NCBI GenBank assembly: GCA_964408285.1
Contig: CAYOYV010000005.1
Location: 1 to 64,000, forward strand
Direction of reading: 5' to 3'
Origin: an uncultured Nitrososphaerota archaeon
GTDB taxonomy: Archaea > Thermoproteota > EX4484-205 > JAAOZO01
DNA: 64,000 nucleotides
Shown: positions 27,827 to 37,973 of the stretch, piece after piece
Layout of the letters: each line of letters opens with the position of its first letter
Numbering within the stretch: the first letter of the stretch is position 1
Program-made: the position numbers and the translations under genes
The notes under the pieces: generated by a model
What the model saw: only the letters and a program-made list of their open reading frames with translations
Databases searched by the model: none
What the model was told of the DNA's origin: nothing

Positions 27827-29089
27827 CTAGACTGACTTCTCTCCGAGTTTCTTCTCGAAATAGTCCTTCACTTTCTTCGTGACGTTGTCGGGTATTTCCC
27901 TCGCCAACGGGAACTCCTCCGCCATCGTGAGCCTATGACACAGGTTCTCCAGTATTAGGCCAATCGACACAAAGCCGTGGGGCAATACCCCCGCGGTGTC
28001 ATCTTCCCTAGTGTGAGTGAAGAAGGAGGCTCCGCCTGATCTCAGAAATGAAACAGCTGGTACGCCTTTCATAGCAAACGACGCACTATCAGACGACACA
28101 TTGTCTTGGGAGATCTCTAGGCTGAGTCCAAGTTCCTTCGTCATTGACTCGACATAGTCCTTTGTCTGATCGGATCCGGTCACCGTGCAATTCGTCCAGC
28201 CCAAGGCCTGGCCGTGGATATCGACGTTCACTAGCAATTTGATCTTCTCCAATTCCTTGGCATGTCTGCCAACGTAGTCCCTTGAGCCCCTTAGTCCAAG
28301 CTCCTCTGCGCCGCAGAAAATGAACCTCAAGGTTCTCTTAGGAACTGTGCGTGAAACGGTTCTCATTAGCTCAAGAAGGATTGCCGTTCCTGCTGCATTG
28401 TCTGTTGCACCGATTGTCCCTTTCGTGCTATCGTAGTGAGCCGCAAGCCCGACTATCTCATCTGGGTATCTAGACCCCCGGATGTCCACAATTACGTTCG
28501 CGGATTTCGCCTCCATTTCGTTCTGAACCAGTTTTATCCTCGAAGTCTTTGCCCCTCTCTTGATCATTTCAAGCGCTTCCTCATAGGAAATCACGACCAT
28601 TGGAAGCCTACCTTTGCTGAGCCACTCGACGGGTATGTCTCTTGACGTGGGTAGCTTGCGGGGCGTGCCCTCCACAAGAATCACTGCCACCGCGTTCGAA
28701 TTGATCAGCGCGACATATTTGTCAAGATTAAGTGCAGCTGGATAGAGAGCTATCTTTCCTAAAGCCTCATTGAGGTAGTATCTTCCAGCGTCCTCCACAT
28801 AGCAGATGCCGGACTCGATGCCATCAGGAGCCGTCGAACCACTTAGTCCGACTGGTTCATGAGGCAAAACCTTGTGATATGGCTCGGTGACTTGGACCTC
28901 TGATTCCTTTATCGAGTAAGTCTTCAGGTCGAACTTCTCGATGGTCGGATAGAGCCCCAGGACATTCGCCATTTCTGCGATTAGATGGGCTGCCCTCGAC
29001 TCGCCCTCCGTCCCTGCGAATCTTTCGAAAGCTAGTTGCTCAAGATAACTGAAGGCACTTTCTGGACTGAATCGTTGATCATCCCTCAT
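27827..29089 (-). CDS. M28 family aminopeptidase with PA domain
   Basis: R.AGTEGE..AA, AHYDS, GATDNAAG, GAEELGLRGS, NVDIHG, SDSASF, HTREDD. Start probably the ATG at 29089 (track start 29134). Confidence 0.88.
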   Translation of the reverse strand: MRDDQRFSPESAFSYLEQLAFERFAGTEGESRAAHLIAEMANVLGLYPTIEKFDLKTYSIKESEVQVTEPYHKVLPHEPVGLSGSTAPDGIESGICYVEDAGRYYLNEALGKIALYPAALNLDKYVALINSNAVAVILVEGTPRKLPTSRDIPVEWLSKGRLPMVVISYEEALEMIKRGAKTSRIKLVQNEMEAKSANVIVDIRGSRYPDEIVGLAAHYDSTKGTIGATDNAAGTAILLELMRTVSRTVPKRTLRFIFCGAEELGLRGSRDYVGRHAKELEKIKLLVNVDIHGQALGWTNCTVTGSDQTKDYVESMTKELGLSLEISQDNVSSDSASFAMKGVPAVSFLRSGGASFFTHTREDDTAGVLPHGFVSIGLILENLCHRLTMAEEFPLAREIPDNVTKKVKDYFEKKLGEKSV

Positions 29090-29165
29090 GAGGAGGTCTG
29101 CCAATTTCGAGGATAAAATGTTTAGCCGACACAATCCAGCGATGACCAGATACGAGGCATTGCGC

Positions 29166-29516
29166 CTAATCCTGCCTTAGGTCACCTTCTTTGGCTTCTG
29201 ATTGGCCCTTCTGCTCCGCATCTCGATTTTTCTCCCGGAGAAACGCGAAAGTCAGCACTGCGATTGTCAGCGCAATCGCCAAGAGGGCGAGCACTTGGCC
29301 CATGGGTCCGCTTCCGAATATGATCGGTACGGGACCAATCAACAGGATCCCCCCTGTGCTGATGCTTCCTCCGGGAACAAAGCCCTCAATAAGAATCAGA
29401 ATCGTCCCCAGAAGTATCAAGATGAATCCGAAGACGAAAAAGAAACGTGACACCACAATACTTCTCCGGCGTTGATTCACTTGAGTCACACCCGCGCCAA
29501 TAGTATCATCATGCAT
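29166..29516 (-). CDS. DUF131 (TIGR00304-like) small membrane protein
   Basis: TM helix, GGILLIGPVPIIFGS signature, second TM helix. Exact start uncertain. Confidence 0.75.
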   Translation of the reverse strand: MHDDTIGAGVTQVNQRRRSIVVSRFFFVFGFILILLGTILILIEGFVPGGSISTGGILLIGPVPIIFGSGPMGQVLALLAIALTIAVLTFAFLREKNRDAEQKGQSEAKEGDLRQD

Positions 29517-29845
29517 AGAGAAGCGAGAATCAGAAATGATGCCAGAATCATTAGGATCTTGGCTGTATCTGCGTCATCTGCCAGCACTATTGGAAAAGGT
29601 CCTATCATCAGCACGGCTCCTCTCCTTGACTGCTTTCCGTTCCCACCCAAAAAAGAGGCGAGTATCCCAAGTAGAACTAGGAGGCCTCCTACGATGACCA
29701 ACCCGATGCCCGTAAGAAGAAGGTACTCTGCCACATTATCGATAGAGGTGACAGATCTTTTTATGTTTTGCATGCATGCACGGGGGGTCCTCCAAGCGTC
29801 AAAGGCGGCTGTTTCATTCTTTGTCACGCTGTCAGAATTGGTCAC
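29486..29845 (-). CDS. DUF131 (TIGR00304-like) small membrane protein, second copy
   Basis: TM helix, GAVLMIGPFPIVLA, TM helix. True start probably downstream (for example the GTG at 29734). Confidence 0.7.
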   Translation of the reverse strand: MTNSDSVTKNETAAFDAWRTPRACMQNIKRSVTSIDNVAEYLLLTGIGLVIVGGLLVLLGILASFLGGNGKQSRRGAVLMIGPFPIVLADDADTAKILMILASFLILASLCMMILLARV

Positions 29846-31562
29846 TCCTCTGGTGGAGCAAGTTGTTCGCTTGTCGCCGTTTCCCTAAATCCTCGAGCTT
29901 AAGTCTTGCTCCTACTCGCCACCCCGAGAAGGCCTTCCTTATCAAGTCGATGGTCATTGCTACTGCATCTCTCTTCGAAATGCCAGTTCTCTGCAGTATC
30001 GTATTGAGATCATAGCATTTTGTTGCCTTGAACAGTAAATCGAAAAGCTCGAATTCTTGATCCAAAGTGTACGGTCTTTTCTGTCTGTCCAAGTCGAATT
30101 CATCCGTCACCTTGGAATTCCTCGTTTCGGCCCGCTCGAATATGTTCTTCAGATACTCCTTCTCCTCATCATCATCTGCGGCCCTATAGTCGTTATATGC
30201 AATCTCCCATCTTCCATCGGGGGTTTCCCCTTTCAACAGTCTTTCAACAAACTTCTCGCGATCCAGTTCGACCATTACCTCTTCAGAGTTGAGATCTCTC
30301 TTGATCAGTACTGCCATCTCAATTCTGACCGGTTCAAGAGGATCTATGATCACCTTATGAGGCATGAAAGCATGCGATTGACTAAAAATAGCCCGCGCAT
30401 TGCCGAAAACTATCAACCTCGCTGCTTTCTGCCTGAGCTCGCCAAATCTCATCTTTTCGATTGTTTCCTGCACCGTGGGATCCTCTGAAACGAGGAGGTC
30501 ACACATCATGCTTTCGACAGCAGCCGAAGACCTTTGCTGATAGCGATCGGTGATCATAGGAACATTTTCAGTCTTCGAGTGGACCATCTCGGGCAGAGCA
30601 TAGGGGAAGCTCTCGACAATGTTGGTTCTAAGGTAGAATTTCTTCTCTGATATGTATGCGAAAGCCTCAGGGCTATCTGAGACACCTAGATCGGCTAATT
30701 TCTCGCTGACCTCGGTATTCTGGAGTCCGATTGCTTGGACATTCGCGTCTCCGTTGTCTCTCCAATTCTCGGCAATCCATCTGAAGACTCTATATCCCGA
30801 GATCGACTCTCCATCCCTGTTTGTCACACGGTAGGGAGCGATGTACTTGCCGTCTGACTTCCTACGATAGGCATATCTGACATACACCCAGTCATCTGAA
30901 TGGAATCTTGCGTCCGGGTCAAGAGTCAATCCATAAGAGCTAGTTGTCTTACCGGTTCCGGTTGGTGCTATGTATAGGATCCCTCTCCCATCTATAGCAA
31001 CGCATGCGCCATGGATGGAATGGATTCCGTATTCTTCGGCCAATATTCTGCCTACGGCTCCGAGAGTCCAGCTTTTCAGTTGGCCGTAGTAGGAAGTGTT
31101 GAAAAAGAAAATCTCATTGGTCGATCTATTGTAAAAGGCCGACGCGTCCTCGCCCTCAACACCTATCAGGGCATAGATGAGGACCCTTGGCTCTTCTTCG
31201 TGAATTTCCCCCGTCCTAACCTGCCATTCCTCGCGAGAGAACCAATTCTCCGTCCAGAAGTCATATAGATGCTCACTGTTTGTGAGAACCCTTGCCCCGA
31301 TCCCGTGTATGATTGCATCGCCTGTCCTCATCGAATCTCGCATCTTCGAAATGAAATCGGCAGCCTTCTGCCTTATCCTGCTGTATTTCTCGAGCTGTTT
31401 ATGTAGCGATTTGTCCTTGCTTGCCGTTCTTCCCTTCATCTTTGTGATGGTGGCGGAAGGACCTGGCCCCTCGGCCTTCCATTCAAACGCACCAACGAAG
31501 GGTGGCGGAGGAAAGAAATAGTCCGTGCCCTCACCTTCTTGGACAGAATCGCTTGTCGGCAA
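29832..31562 (-). CDS. Uncharacterised HPr-kinase/PEP-carboxykinase-like P-loop protein
   Basis: YYGQLKSW, IHGACVAIDGRGILYIAPTGTGKTT (Walker A preceded by HG), HSDDWVY (DD motif), SEKKFY. Confidence 0.7.
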   Translation of the reverse strand: MPTSDSVQEGEGTDYFFPPPPFVGAFEWKAEGPGPSATITKMKGRTASKDKSLHKQLEKYSRIRQKAADFISKMRDSMRTGDAIIHGIGARVLTNSEHLYDFWTENWFSREEWQVRTGEIHEEEPRVLIYALIGVEGEDASAFYNRSTNEIFFFNTSYYGQLKSWTLGAVGRILAEEYGIHSIHGACVAIDGRGILYIAPTGTGKTTSSYGLTLDPDARFHSDDWVYVRYAYRRKSDGKYIAPYRVTNRDGESISGYRVFRWIAENWRDNGDANVQAIGLQNTEVSEKLADLGVSDSPEAFAYISEKKFYLRTNIVESFPYALPEMVHSKTENVPMITDRYQQRSSAAVESMMCDLLVSEDPTVQETIEKMRFGELRQKAARLIVFGNARAIFSQSHAFMPHKVIIDPLEPVRIEMAVLIKRDLNSEEVMVELDREKFVERLLKGETPDGRWEIAYNDYRAADDDEEKEYLKNIFERAETRNSKVTDEFDLDRQKRPYTLDQEFELFDLLFKATKCYDLNTILQRTGISKRDAVAMTIDLIRKAFSGWRVGARLKLEDLGKRRQANNLLHQRSDQF

Positions 31563-31830
31563 TCGGAAGACTGTGACGAGGTCGGTCCCAGTCTATTAAG
31601 AATTTTCCCCTGCAGAAACAAAATCCAGATATTGGCTGATTCTGCAAAGCGTTTCTGCTCTGTCCTTCGATGAGTGCAACCAAGGGCATGTTCTGACCCC
31701 GAACGAACTCGCCCAGAAAGCTCCCATTGAAGAGACCTTCTGAAACGATTGACGAAAATTGGAAGCCGCTTGAACATCAGAGGCTGGCAAAAGAGTTATA
31801 GGCAATCGATCTGGATTTGTTTTTTCTAGC

Positions 31831-33411
31831 TTGTATACATCCAAGATGGTCTACGACGGGACCATCTATGTCTCTTTCAATCCCATGAGGAAAGCCGAGG
31901 CGCTTATCACCATATGCGACATAGTCGCCTACGCTGGAACCAAGTCCACGGCCACAAGGCTGGGAGATATTCTGGGGGCAGAGAAAATAGACCTTGTTGG
32001 ACGAACAGTGATTCCAGGCTTCATAGATGCTCACGCTCACCTTGATGGAATTGGTCAAGGGCTTGAGACGCTTGATCTTAGAGGAACAAGATCAATAGAC
32101 GAATTGAAGGAGCGGCTCGGATCCCATTCCGAGAGGGAGAAGAATGCTCGATGGATTCTAGGAAGGAACTGGGATCAGGAGCTATTCGAGGAGAAAAGGT
32201 GGCCGGCCTCCAAGGACCTGGATGAGGTGGTCCATGAACGGGCTGTGGCCTTGGTTAGAGTGTGCGGCCATGCTGCGGTTCTCAACTCAAAGGCATTGGT
32301 GGAATGTGGAATTCAGACGAAAGATCCAGAATCATTAGGCATAGCGAGAGACGAGCAAGGAGTACCCACGGGCGTCCTGACTGGAGATGCCCTTCGGTAT
32401 CTCAATCAGAAGCTTATCAGCTTGACCTCGGACGCGGATCGGGCTAGACAGCTTCGAAACGGCCTAAGATTGGCTGCAAGTCTTGGCGTGACGACTTTGG
32501 ATTTCGTGAGTTGCGATGCGGATTCATTCAGAGTGTTGCAGGAATTGAGAAGAAAGGACGCACTCCTCGTCAGAATCAGGATTCATATTACGCCTGACAT
32601 GCTCCAAACCATGGTGACAACAGGACTTGGGGTAGGTTTCGGCGACCGCTGGCTCAAGGTCTCTGGGGTGAAAACGTTTGCAGATGGTTCTCTCGGGGCA
32701 AGGACGGCTTGGTTGTCTTTCCCCTATGAGGACGACCCTGATAATCAAGGGAATGCAAGTTCGAGCGAGGACGAGCTCCTCGCCTTGGCAAGCTTGGCTG
32801 AGAAACAGGACCTTCAGCTCGCAGTACATGGGATAGGTGACAGAGCAGTCGATCTGATTCTGGGGATCTTTAGCAGGTTGGAGAAAATCAAGAGCTTGAG
32901 GCATAGGATAGAGCATTGCTCAATCGTAAGAGGCGATCAGATTCGGAGGATAGAGGCGCTTGGGGTGCCGTTGGTCGTCCAGCCTCACTTCGCAATCACG
33001 GATTGGTGGGCGCTGAATAGGGTTGGATCTAGGAGAGCGGATTATGTCTACCCATTTGGGACAATGATCAAGGAGGGTATCAGAGTCGCATTCAGCACCG
33101 ACTCCCCAGTTGAACCACTTGATCCGTGGAAGACAGTATATGCAGCGGTAACCAGGGGAGTCTATGAGGAGGGATCTCTCTCCCTTCAAACATCGGGTGA
33201 AGGAATCAGCCTTGAGCAGGCCCTCGATTGCTATACCCGCGGTTCCGCATTTGCTCTCAATGAAGAAGCGAATCTGGGAACCTTGGAGCCTGGCCATTTC
33301 GCTGACTTTCTGATCCTTGAGCCAGACCCATTCGACGTAGACGCCAAGGAGCTAGGGAACATTAGGATCGATGAAGCCTATGTCGGGGGCAGGAGAGTTC
33401 ATCCCATGTGA
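31831..33411 (+). CDS. Amidohydrolase family 3 (YtcJ-like) metallohydrolase
   Basis: PGFIDAHAH, WILGRNWDQ, R.CGH, K.FADGSLGARTA, HGIGDRA, RIEHCS, STDSP, G.LEPG..ADF. Confidence 0.9.
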   Translation: MYTSKMVYDGTIYVSFNPMRKAEALITICDIVAYAGTKSTATRLGDILGAEKIDLVGRTVIPGFIDAHAHLDGIGQGLETLDLRGTRSIDELKERLGSHSEREKNARWILGRNWDQELFEEKRWPASKDLDEVVHERAVALVRVCGHAAVLNSKALVECGIQTKDPESLGIARDEQGVPTGVLTGDALRYLNQKLISLTSDADRARQLRNGLRLAASLGVTTLDFVSCDADSFRVLQELRRKDALLVRIRIHITPDMLQTMVTTGLGVGFGDRWLKVSGVKTFADGSLGARTAWLSFPYEDDPDNQGNASSSEDELLALASLAEKQDLQLAVHGIGDRAVDLILGIFSRLEKIKSLRHRIEHCSIVRGDQIRRIEALGVPLVVQPHFAITDWWALNRVGSRRADYVYPFGTMIKEGIRVAFSTDSPVEPLDPWKTVYAAVTRGVYEEGSLSLQTSGEGISLEQALDCYTRGSAFALNEEANLGTLEPGHFADFLILEPDPFDVDAKELGNIRIDEAYVGGRRVHPM

Positions 33412-33527
33412 TTGCAATTCGGCCATATCGTACTCAAACAAAGCTCAAAGGCATTGGACGGACTAAGTGCAGCAGCCAGCCTCAGTGGGGGAAACCTTTT
33501 CATCGAAGCCGAAGTTGTTCTATCTCA

Positions 33528-34325
33528 ATGGTGCGAATCGAAATCAGAGAGGTCAGCAACGAAAACCTCGATGATCTATGCCAGCTCTGCGTGCCAGTAG
33601 AAAGACGCAGTTCCCCAATCTATGGCAGAGGCATGGAAGATAAGAAGAAGTGGGCTACCCATGTCTTGGAGAGATCCGGCGTCATAGGGAAGCTTGCCTA
33701 CTATAGATCCAAACCGGCCGGGTTGTTGCAGTATGAACTAGTCGAAGAAGAGAAACTGATACGGATTCAATGCATCTATGTGCCCGACAGCGAGCACTGG
33801 AGGAAAGGAGTAGCTACCCGGCTTTTTTCTACACTTCTGGACGAAGCCAAGGAATCCAGGAGATGGTTTGGTGTTGGGCCCCTAGATGGGATTGTCGTAA
33901 GGACATTCCCTGCAGAGCAACACGGGCAATACCCTGCGAGACTCTTCTTCAAGCGATCGGGCTTCGTGCAGGTGGGAAATGATCCAGATCAGCTTTTCTT
34001 TCCGCTGAGGAGAGGTGCATCATACAAGCCACTTCAGAGGATCCCTTCAGAGTATTTGCCGCAGGAGGAGGATAGGAATAGGGCGACAATCCTATACAAC
34101 CCCTCTTTCTGTCCTTTCTCCTATGTTTTCTCAAGAAAAGGTGAGGATCTGATAAGGGAGGTGATCCCTGAGATTCAGGTCCACTGGATAGATAAGTCAG
34201 AGCAACCGGGCGAATTCGAGAAGCGAGGAGGCTTCGAGGGATGCGTTGTGAATCTGAATCCAATCAAGTCCTTCGTTCTGAACGAGGAGCAGTTCAAAAA
34301 GGAAGTCAAGCTTGCGGTCCGATAA
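33528..34325 (+). CDS. GNAT acetyltransferase with YoaP-like C-terminal domain
   Basis: IQCIYV....WRKGVATRL (acetyl-CoA motif A), FF...GF, C-terminal CPF motif. Start set to the ATG of MVRIEIREV (track start 33408). Confidence 0.72.
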   Translation: MVRIEIREVSNENLDDLCQLCVPVERRSSPIYGRGMEDKKKWATHVLERSGVIGKLAYYRSKPAGLLQYELVEEEKLIRIQCIYVPDSEHWRKGVATRLFSTLLDEAKESRRWFGVGPLDGIVVRTFPAEQHGQYPARLFFKRSGFVQVGNDPDQLFFPLRRGASYKPLQRIPSEYLPQEEDRNRATILYNPSFCPFSYVFSRKGEDLIREVIPEIQVHWIDKSEQPGEFEKRGGFEGCVVNLNPIKSFVLNEEQFKKEVKLAVR

Positions 34326-34440
34326 TCACGGAACAATTGCCCCTGCTCCCATCGTGAGATTGCCAAGGGCAGAACATGTCGCGTCCCTAGATGCTGGCCA
34401 AAGTTAATATCCGAAAGCTGAATTCACCGATGCTAGGTGA

Positions 34441-35133
34441 ATGGAAAACCAAATGAGGACGAAAAGATTGTTGATGCTCACGCATTCAGCAGCGTTCCGG
34501 CATGACTATCTCCCGGTTGCCTCCCAGTCAATAAAGGAACTTGGAGAAAACTCGGGCATGTATGAAGCCGTCGCTACGGAGGATTGTGAAATGATTACGG
34601 AAGCGAAGCTAAGGGATTTCTCCGCGATTCTATTCGCTACAACCGGCGAGCTTCCCCTGAACAATGAGCAGAAGACCGCCTTATTGGATTTTGTCAGGAA
34701 CGGGAACGCCTTCGTTGGTATACACAACGCAGCCGACACTTTCTACAAATTCCCCGAGTATGGGGAGATGCTTGGAGGCTACTTCAACGGGCATCCATGG
34801 ACTCAAGAGATCGCGGTCATAGTCGAAGATCCCTCGCACCCCTCCGCAAGGCATCTGCCAATGAAGTTTGTGACAAAGGAAGAGGTGTACACGTTCAGGA
34901 ATTGGCAAAGGGACAAGACCCACGTGCTGCTAAGCTTGGATAATTCTTCAGTTGACCTTGGCAAGGGAACGAGAGAAGATAATGACTATGCTCTTTGTTG
35001 GTGTCATAACTATGGCAAAGGAAGGGTGTTCTACACAGCTTTCGGTCACTTCAAGGAGATTTGGGGCCAAGAGTGGCTCAGAAAGCATCTGCTGGAAGGC
35101 ATAGTGTGGTCGATGGGTTCCCAAACCAAATAA
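34441..35133 (+). CDS. ThuA-like (class I glutamine-amidotransferase-like) protein
   Basis: FRHD, GNAFVGIHNAADT, LGGYFNGHPW, EE.Y.F, YGKGRVFYTAFGH; GGTGA SD. Confidence 0.82.
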   Translation: MENQMRTKRLLMLTHSAAFRHDYLPVASQSIKELGENSGMYEAVATEDCEMITEAKLRDFSAILFATTGELPLNNEQKTALLDFVRNGNAFVGIHNAADTFYKFPEYGEMLGGYFNGHPWTQEIAVIVEDPSHPSARHLPMKFVTKEEVYTFRNWQRDKTHVLLSLDNSSVDLGKGTREDNDYALCWCHNYGKGRVFYTAFGHFKEIWGQEWLRKHLLEGIVWSMGSQTK

Positions 35134-35214
35134 CGCGCTTCTGGCGAAGTCCGGATGCCGGTCAACGTGAAATAACAGCCTGACTGGTAGAGCTCCTCTT
35201 CACACAACAATGAC

Positions 35215-36345
35215 CTAGCGGAATAATTCGTCCTGGAGCTGGTGCCAGATGGCAATCGCTTCACCCGCCCCTTCCCCTTCGCGTAGGATGGGTTGAAATA
35301 TCAGATTTCCCTTTCTCTCGAGTGGAGAAAGAACTCTCCTGAAGTAGGCTGAAAGGGTTTCGCCGTCATCTCTGCTCACTTGGCCATAGTATATCTTCTG
35401 GGCATCCAAAATGCCTTTCATGATCGCGGGCCAATGATACATCTCGGGATTGCCCAGATTGACGCCCTTAACCTCTTCAAGCTCAAGGTAGATCTTCATT
35501 ATGTGCAGACCATTTCCGCAGAAGTGAATCCAGCAGCTGAATGGTTTCACGGCTTCTTTAAGGTAGGGTACTGCAAGACCTGCAAGCTCAGGAGACAGCA
35601 GGGTCGTACTATCCTCGCAGCAACGAGCGCCGCAATTCGACATAACCAAGTTACAGCTGTGATATCCGCCATCCAATGGCTCGCCAATCAGCGACTTAAG
35701 CCAGGAGGTGGTTTCTCTGTAGATATAACCAGTCAACGAAAGGAGATGCAGAACCAACTCCGGCCTTCTGTGGAATTCGCTGAAGATAGAGTCTCCCATA
35801 GCAAGATGGGCAATATCGAAGGGCCCTTGAGTATCAGGGAGATAGACCTTAACCGGTTTTCTCGCGAGATGCTCACGATAGGTCTCTAGGTATTGTCTGA
35901 ATCTCGGAAGAAGACCCTTCTCGATAATAGGATCAAGACTTTCTCTGGCAATCGTTGATATCTCTTGCTTACGAAGATGCTCCTTCAGCCAAGGCATCTT
36001 ATCCGGGAATATCTGCTGAGTCAGGCCAAATATCGATGCTAGAAACCCGACTCCGAAATTTATCCTCACGGAAGGAATGGCATCAGACTTGGCCCTTATG
36101 GCTCCCAAGGCAGACCAGAGTTGCTCGTAAAGCATCTCCTCCGCATCTAGGAACTGCTCTCTCATATCATATGAGGGAAGGCCCTTCCTGTCGATGACCG
36201 ACTCGTTGATCAGGATAGGCAGATAGTCTGGTTCTTTGCCCTCCCACGTCTCTCGTTGTCTTGTTTCTCCCTGACGTAGAATCTCCATGTCTGCCTCGTT
36301 ATCAATGAGATCGATTAGTTCTGTGAGGGGAACCTCGCTTGCCAT
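35215..36345 (-). CDS. URO-D / MtaA-CmuA (cobalamin-independent methyltransferase-like) TIM-barrel protein
   Basis: NFGVG..AS.FG, PW, PDTQGPFDIAH..MG, C.D...LLSP, IHFCG. Start probably the ATG at 36345. Confidence 0.65.
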   Translation of the reverse strand: MASEVPLTELIDLIDNEADMEILRQGETRQRETWEGKEPDYLPILINESVIDRKGLPSYDMREQFLDAEEMLYEQLWSALGAIRAKSDAIPSVRINFGVGFLASIFGLTQQIFPDKMPWLKEHLRKQEISTIARESLDPIIEKGLLPRFRQYLETYREHLARKPVKVYLPDTQGPFDIAHLAMGDSIFSEFHRRPELVLHLLSLTGYIYRETTSWLKSLIGEPLDGGYHSCNLVMSNCGARCCEDSTTLLSPELAGLAVPYLKEAVKPFSCWIHFCGNGLHIMKIYLELEEVKGVNLGNPEMYHWPAIMKGILDAQKIYYGQVSRDDGETLSAYFRRVLSPLERKGNLIFQPILREGEGAGEAIAIWHQLQDELFR

Positions 36346-36474
36346 CAATCTGTATCGGAAGCTGGCATCTTTATGATTTATGGTGGCGGGATTGCTGACG
36401 GATGCCAGCCCCGTCTGATGGTTCAAATGCAGGTTCGGGGTGGATCTTCTACAAGAATTGATCTCAGCTTTGGT

Positions 36475-37629
36475 CTAGAGCGTCTTCTCCCACATCTGGC
36501 TGGCTAGCTTACCTTCTCTCATGTACAGCTTTGTCTTGTCTCTTGCGGCGTCCTTACGCTGCCTCTGCTTTTCCAAGAACTGATTGAGCTTTTCTATGAA
36601 GATCTCCTTCAACTCACCAGTCAGGAGCTCTCCTCTTCTGTATCTTTCGGCTATGCCCTCTATCTTTGAGTCGTCCTCCTCGAGGAACATATACAGCCAT
36701 TGAAATGGAACATCGACATCAGGATTTCCTCCCAGCTTCCTGTGGAGTTCGATCGTCGCTTGGCCTCCCGAAAAAGCGTACTTGTAGATCTTCTCAGCCA
36801 CGATCTTCGGTTCATCGTCTAGATATATCGCTGTTTCTGGTCTGGAGGTGCTCATCTTTCCTTGAAAGCCGATCAACGGTGGAATAAATTTGGAATGAAT
36901 TGCCGCTGTCTTGTAGTAGCCCATGCCTTCCGCTACGTCTCTCTGGACACGCCAATAGGGATCCTGGTCTATCGCGGCTGGAATGAGGCACCTTTTCCTC
37001 TCGAGCATTGTCGGCACTATCTGTACTGCAGGATAGAATAGCATGCCTATGTTGGTTTGGAGATTGAACCCGAAGACAGCCTTGACAGTGCTGTAATTGA
37101 TCCTCCTTGCAATCTTGATCGCCATGTTGTACATTCTTCCCATGAATTCCGTATCCCGAAATATGAACGTCCTATCTGGGTCGAATCCCACGGCTATTAT
37201 GTCCAGTATATTGTCCAATGACCATTTATGCGCGTCCTCAAGAGTGAGGTTTCTTCTTTCCTCGAGAAATTTCTCATCGTCCGTTATTTGGATATAGAGG
37301 TTGACCTTGAACCGGTCCTGCAGCCATTTGGTGAAGTAGAAAGCGACTATGTGTCCTATATGCATTCGGCCGCTAGGCCCTCTTCCCGTATAGAGGAAGA
37401 AGCCCTTTCCGCTCTCATAATCGTCCAACACCTGATTCAGGTCTCTATGGGAGAAGAAGACTCTTCTTCTGAGCATGTGATGGCTTCCTTTCGCGTCTCG
37501 CTCAAGTCTAGCGTATAGCTCGTCGCTTATTTGCTCCGTTCCGAATTCCTGAATGAGTTTGTCATAATCGACTATTCCGCTGACTTCCCATGGAGTCACA
37601 ACGAATTCCTTTTCCTCTTCTGCGGACAT
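36475..37629 (-). CDS. trpS: Tryptophanyl-tRNA synthetase (archaeal/eukaryal type)
   Basis: VTPWEV, LYTGRGPS..MHIGH (HIGH), TDDEKF, IPAAIDQDPY, KMSTS (KMSKS), AFSGGQ. Confidence 0.97.
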   Translation of the reverse strand: MSAEEEKEFVVTPWEVSGIVDYDKLIQEFGTEQISDELYARLERDAKGSHHMLRRRVFFSHRDLNQVLDDYESGKGFFLYTGRGPSGRMHIGHIVAFYFTKWLQDRFKVNLYIQITDDEKFLEERRNLTLEDAHKWSLDNILDIIAVGFDPDRTFIFRDTEFMGRMYNMAIKIARRINYSTVKAVFGFNLQTNIGMLFYPAVQIVPTMLERKRCLIPAAIDQDPYWRVQRDVAEGMGYYKTAAIHSKFIPPLIGFQGKMSTSRPETAIYLDDEPKIVAEKIYKYAFSGGQATIELHRKLGGNPDVDVPFQWLYMFLEEDDSKIEGIAERYRRGELLTGELKEIFIEKLNQFLEKQRQRKDAARDKTKLYMREGKLASQMWEKTL

Positions 37630-37973
37630 TCCCCCATTTCAGGTTCAACAGCTGACTGAAGTTAAACATTCCTTCGCGTACCGTATGAATCTGTGGTAAT
37701 CGTACTTCTCAACGTGGGTGCGCCGGTCGAATCAGAATCAGGGGCGCTCTCGGATTAGCCTGAACTCAGATGAGAGTTCAGACAAAAAGATCCCTTACAG
37801 GATGAGTGATAAGTACAGAGCCCGTTCAAGAATATGGCCGAGCGTCCAGAATAATGAAACTTCCTCTCCGACAAAGCAATGGTTGAGAATCAGGAGCGCG
37901 CGGCAACAATCCTGGATCGCAGCGAGATAAACAAATGCTTTTCTAGTTTGCTCTCTCCTAGAGCGTTCCGATA

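Noticed and set aside
31563-31830. Short ORFs in the divergent gap between the P-loop gene and the amidohydrolase
   Set aside because: They overlap real genes or promoters and lack protein-like composition.
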